Shown here: positions 62,950-64,000 of the stretch, piece after piece
Layout: the number at the start of each line of letters is the position of its first letter
How positions within the stretch are numbered: position 1 is the stretch's first letter
Assembly: GCA_963734545.1 (NCBI GenBank)
Contig: CAVTHO010000003.1
Span: forward strand, 1 to 64,000
From: an uncultured Spirochaetota bacterium
Lineage (GTDB): Bacteria; Spirochaetota; Spirochaetia; SZUA-6; Fen-1364
DNA: 64,000 bases
Reading direction: 5' to 3'
Notes under the pieces: generated by a model
Databases searched by the model: none
What the model was told of the DNA's origin: nothing
Seen by the model: the letters and a program-made list of their open reading frames with translations, nothing else
Translations under genes and position numbers: made by a program

Positions 62950-64000
62950 ATGGTAGAAAGAGTTATCGTAGGGGCCTGGAAGACGAATTGCTATATCTAC
63001 TCCAGCACCAAGAAGGAATGCATCATAATCGATCCGGGAGGAGACGAAACGGAGATCGCGGCCCGGGTCGACGTCCTCAACATGGTTCCTGTCGGCATCG
63101 CTTTGACCCATGGGCACGTTGATCACGTCGGAGCGCTCGGGAGACTGCGGGAAGGGTATGCCGTCCGCGGCTACAAGCTTCCCATTGCCATCAATCCGGC
63201 TGACCGGAAGTTTCTCGGCACGGGCGGCATGGAGACCCACCGGGAGAGCCTCGAGTTCCTCGGGCTGGACGAGGAGAGTTTTTTCGGCGTCGACCCCTCC
63301 GAGCTGCCCAAGGCGGACGTCCGCCTGCGGGACGGCGACCATCTTTTCAACATGGATATCACCGTTCTGGAGACACCGGGGCACACCCCCGGCAGCGTAT
63401 GCTTCTACGCGGAGAAAGAGGGGATCCTCTTTTCCGGTGATACGCTTTTTTTCGATGGTGTGGGCCGCACGGATCTCCCGGGAGGAAGCGAGAAGAAGCT
63501 CAAGGAGAGCATCCAGAGGAAGATCGCCGTTCTTCCTCCTGAGACCCGGGTATTCCCCGGCCATGGACCGTTCACGACCGTGGAACGGGAAAAAAGGGGA
63601 AACGTGTTTTTCAGGGAAACCGTGCAGGAGCAGCGGCCGGAGCCCGCCGCCCGGGCAATCAGCAGTCTCGTCTCGCTGCAGGTGAAGAGCCCCGCCGCGC
63701 CGGCAAAGGCTGCCAAGCGCGCCGCCGCGGCGAAGCCGAAGCACCCGAAGCCGAAGCACCCGAAGCCGAAGAACGCGAAGCCGAAGAACGCCAAGCCGGG
63801 GCGAACAACCGCCAAGACAGCCCGGGCAGCCAGGAAGAGCGTATCCAAGAGTGCAAAGGGGATCGCAAAGCGTCGGGGGCTGAAAGCGAAAACGGGGGCT
63901 GCCAGAAAGAGCGCTCCCCGGACCACGCACGCCGGCAAGAAGCGTGTTCAGGCCAGAAGATCGACAAAGGCTCCCGGCTCCGGCAAGAAGCGGGCCCGGT
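62950..64000 (+). CDS. MBL-fold metallo-hydrolase (glyoxalase II/YcbL-like) with a long Lys/Ala/Arg/Pro-rich tail; reaches the window edge
   Basis: Manual translation: TNCY, IDPG, THGHVDH, TPGHTPG, FSGDTLF, PGHG, then in frame PAKAAKRAAAAKPKHPKPKHPKPKNAKPKNAKP... Confidence 0.9.
   Translation, partial: MVERVIVGAWKTNCYIYSSTKKECIIIDPGGDETEIAARVDVLNMVPVGIALTHGHVDHVGALGRLREGYAVRGYKLPIAINPADRKFLGTGGMETHRESLEFLGLDEESFFGVDPSELPKADVRLRDGDHLFNMDITVLETPGHTPGSVCFYAEKEGILFSGDTLFFDGVGRTDLPGGSEKKLKESIQRKIAVLPPETRVFPGHGPFTTVEREKRGNVFFRETVQEQRPEPAARAISSLVSLQVKSPAAPAKAAKRAAAAKPKHPKPKHPKPKNAKPKNAKPGRTTAKTARAARKSVSKSAKGIAKRRGLKAKTGAARKSAPRTTHAGKKRVQARRSTKAPGSGKKRAR
63732..63797 (+). repeat. 15-bp tandem repeat (~4.4 copies) encoding KPKHP/KPKNA
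   Basis: GAAGCCGAAGCACCC twice, then GAAGCCGAAGAACGC twice. Confidence 0.88.

Overview
GC-rich bacterial chromosomal window, most likely from an uncultured spirochaete (Spirochaetia). The assignment is inferred from spirochaete-style lipoboxes (FFIA-C, LLAA-C), a fused PyrB-PyrI, a C-terminally extended AckA, and a murB/cysS/ECF-sigma/cNMP-protein neighbourhood that I recall from Treponema. Many genes, including essential ones, carry single-base frameshifts that look like long-read or polishing indels, so I annotate them as intact genes. Contents: the 5' part of a giant secreted beta-solenoid protein with a 357-bp (119-aa) tandem array running off the left edge; two lipoprotein pairs built by domain duplication; housekeeping genes (pyrBI, pyrC, ackA, murB, cysS, alr, ilvC, trmB, XPB, cyoE); a sugar ABC transporter; and tRNA-Cys. 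No transposase, integrase, phage gene, reverse transcriptase or CRISPR array was seen. The best candidate for an undescribed element is a dispersed palindromic repeat family (consensus GCC(A/G)CGG-TAYY-CCG(T/C)GG, often followed by ATTTG; about 10 copies with co-varying stems). It occurs between genes, directly before start codons, and in-frame inside proteins. Also notable: twin lipoproteins with a near-identical N-terminal stalk but different beta-propellers, a degenerate DEAD-box/DbpA protein, an MBL hydrolase with a histone-H1-like tail, an unannotated 56-aa zinc-ribbon protein, and several apparently leaderless promoters.
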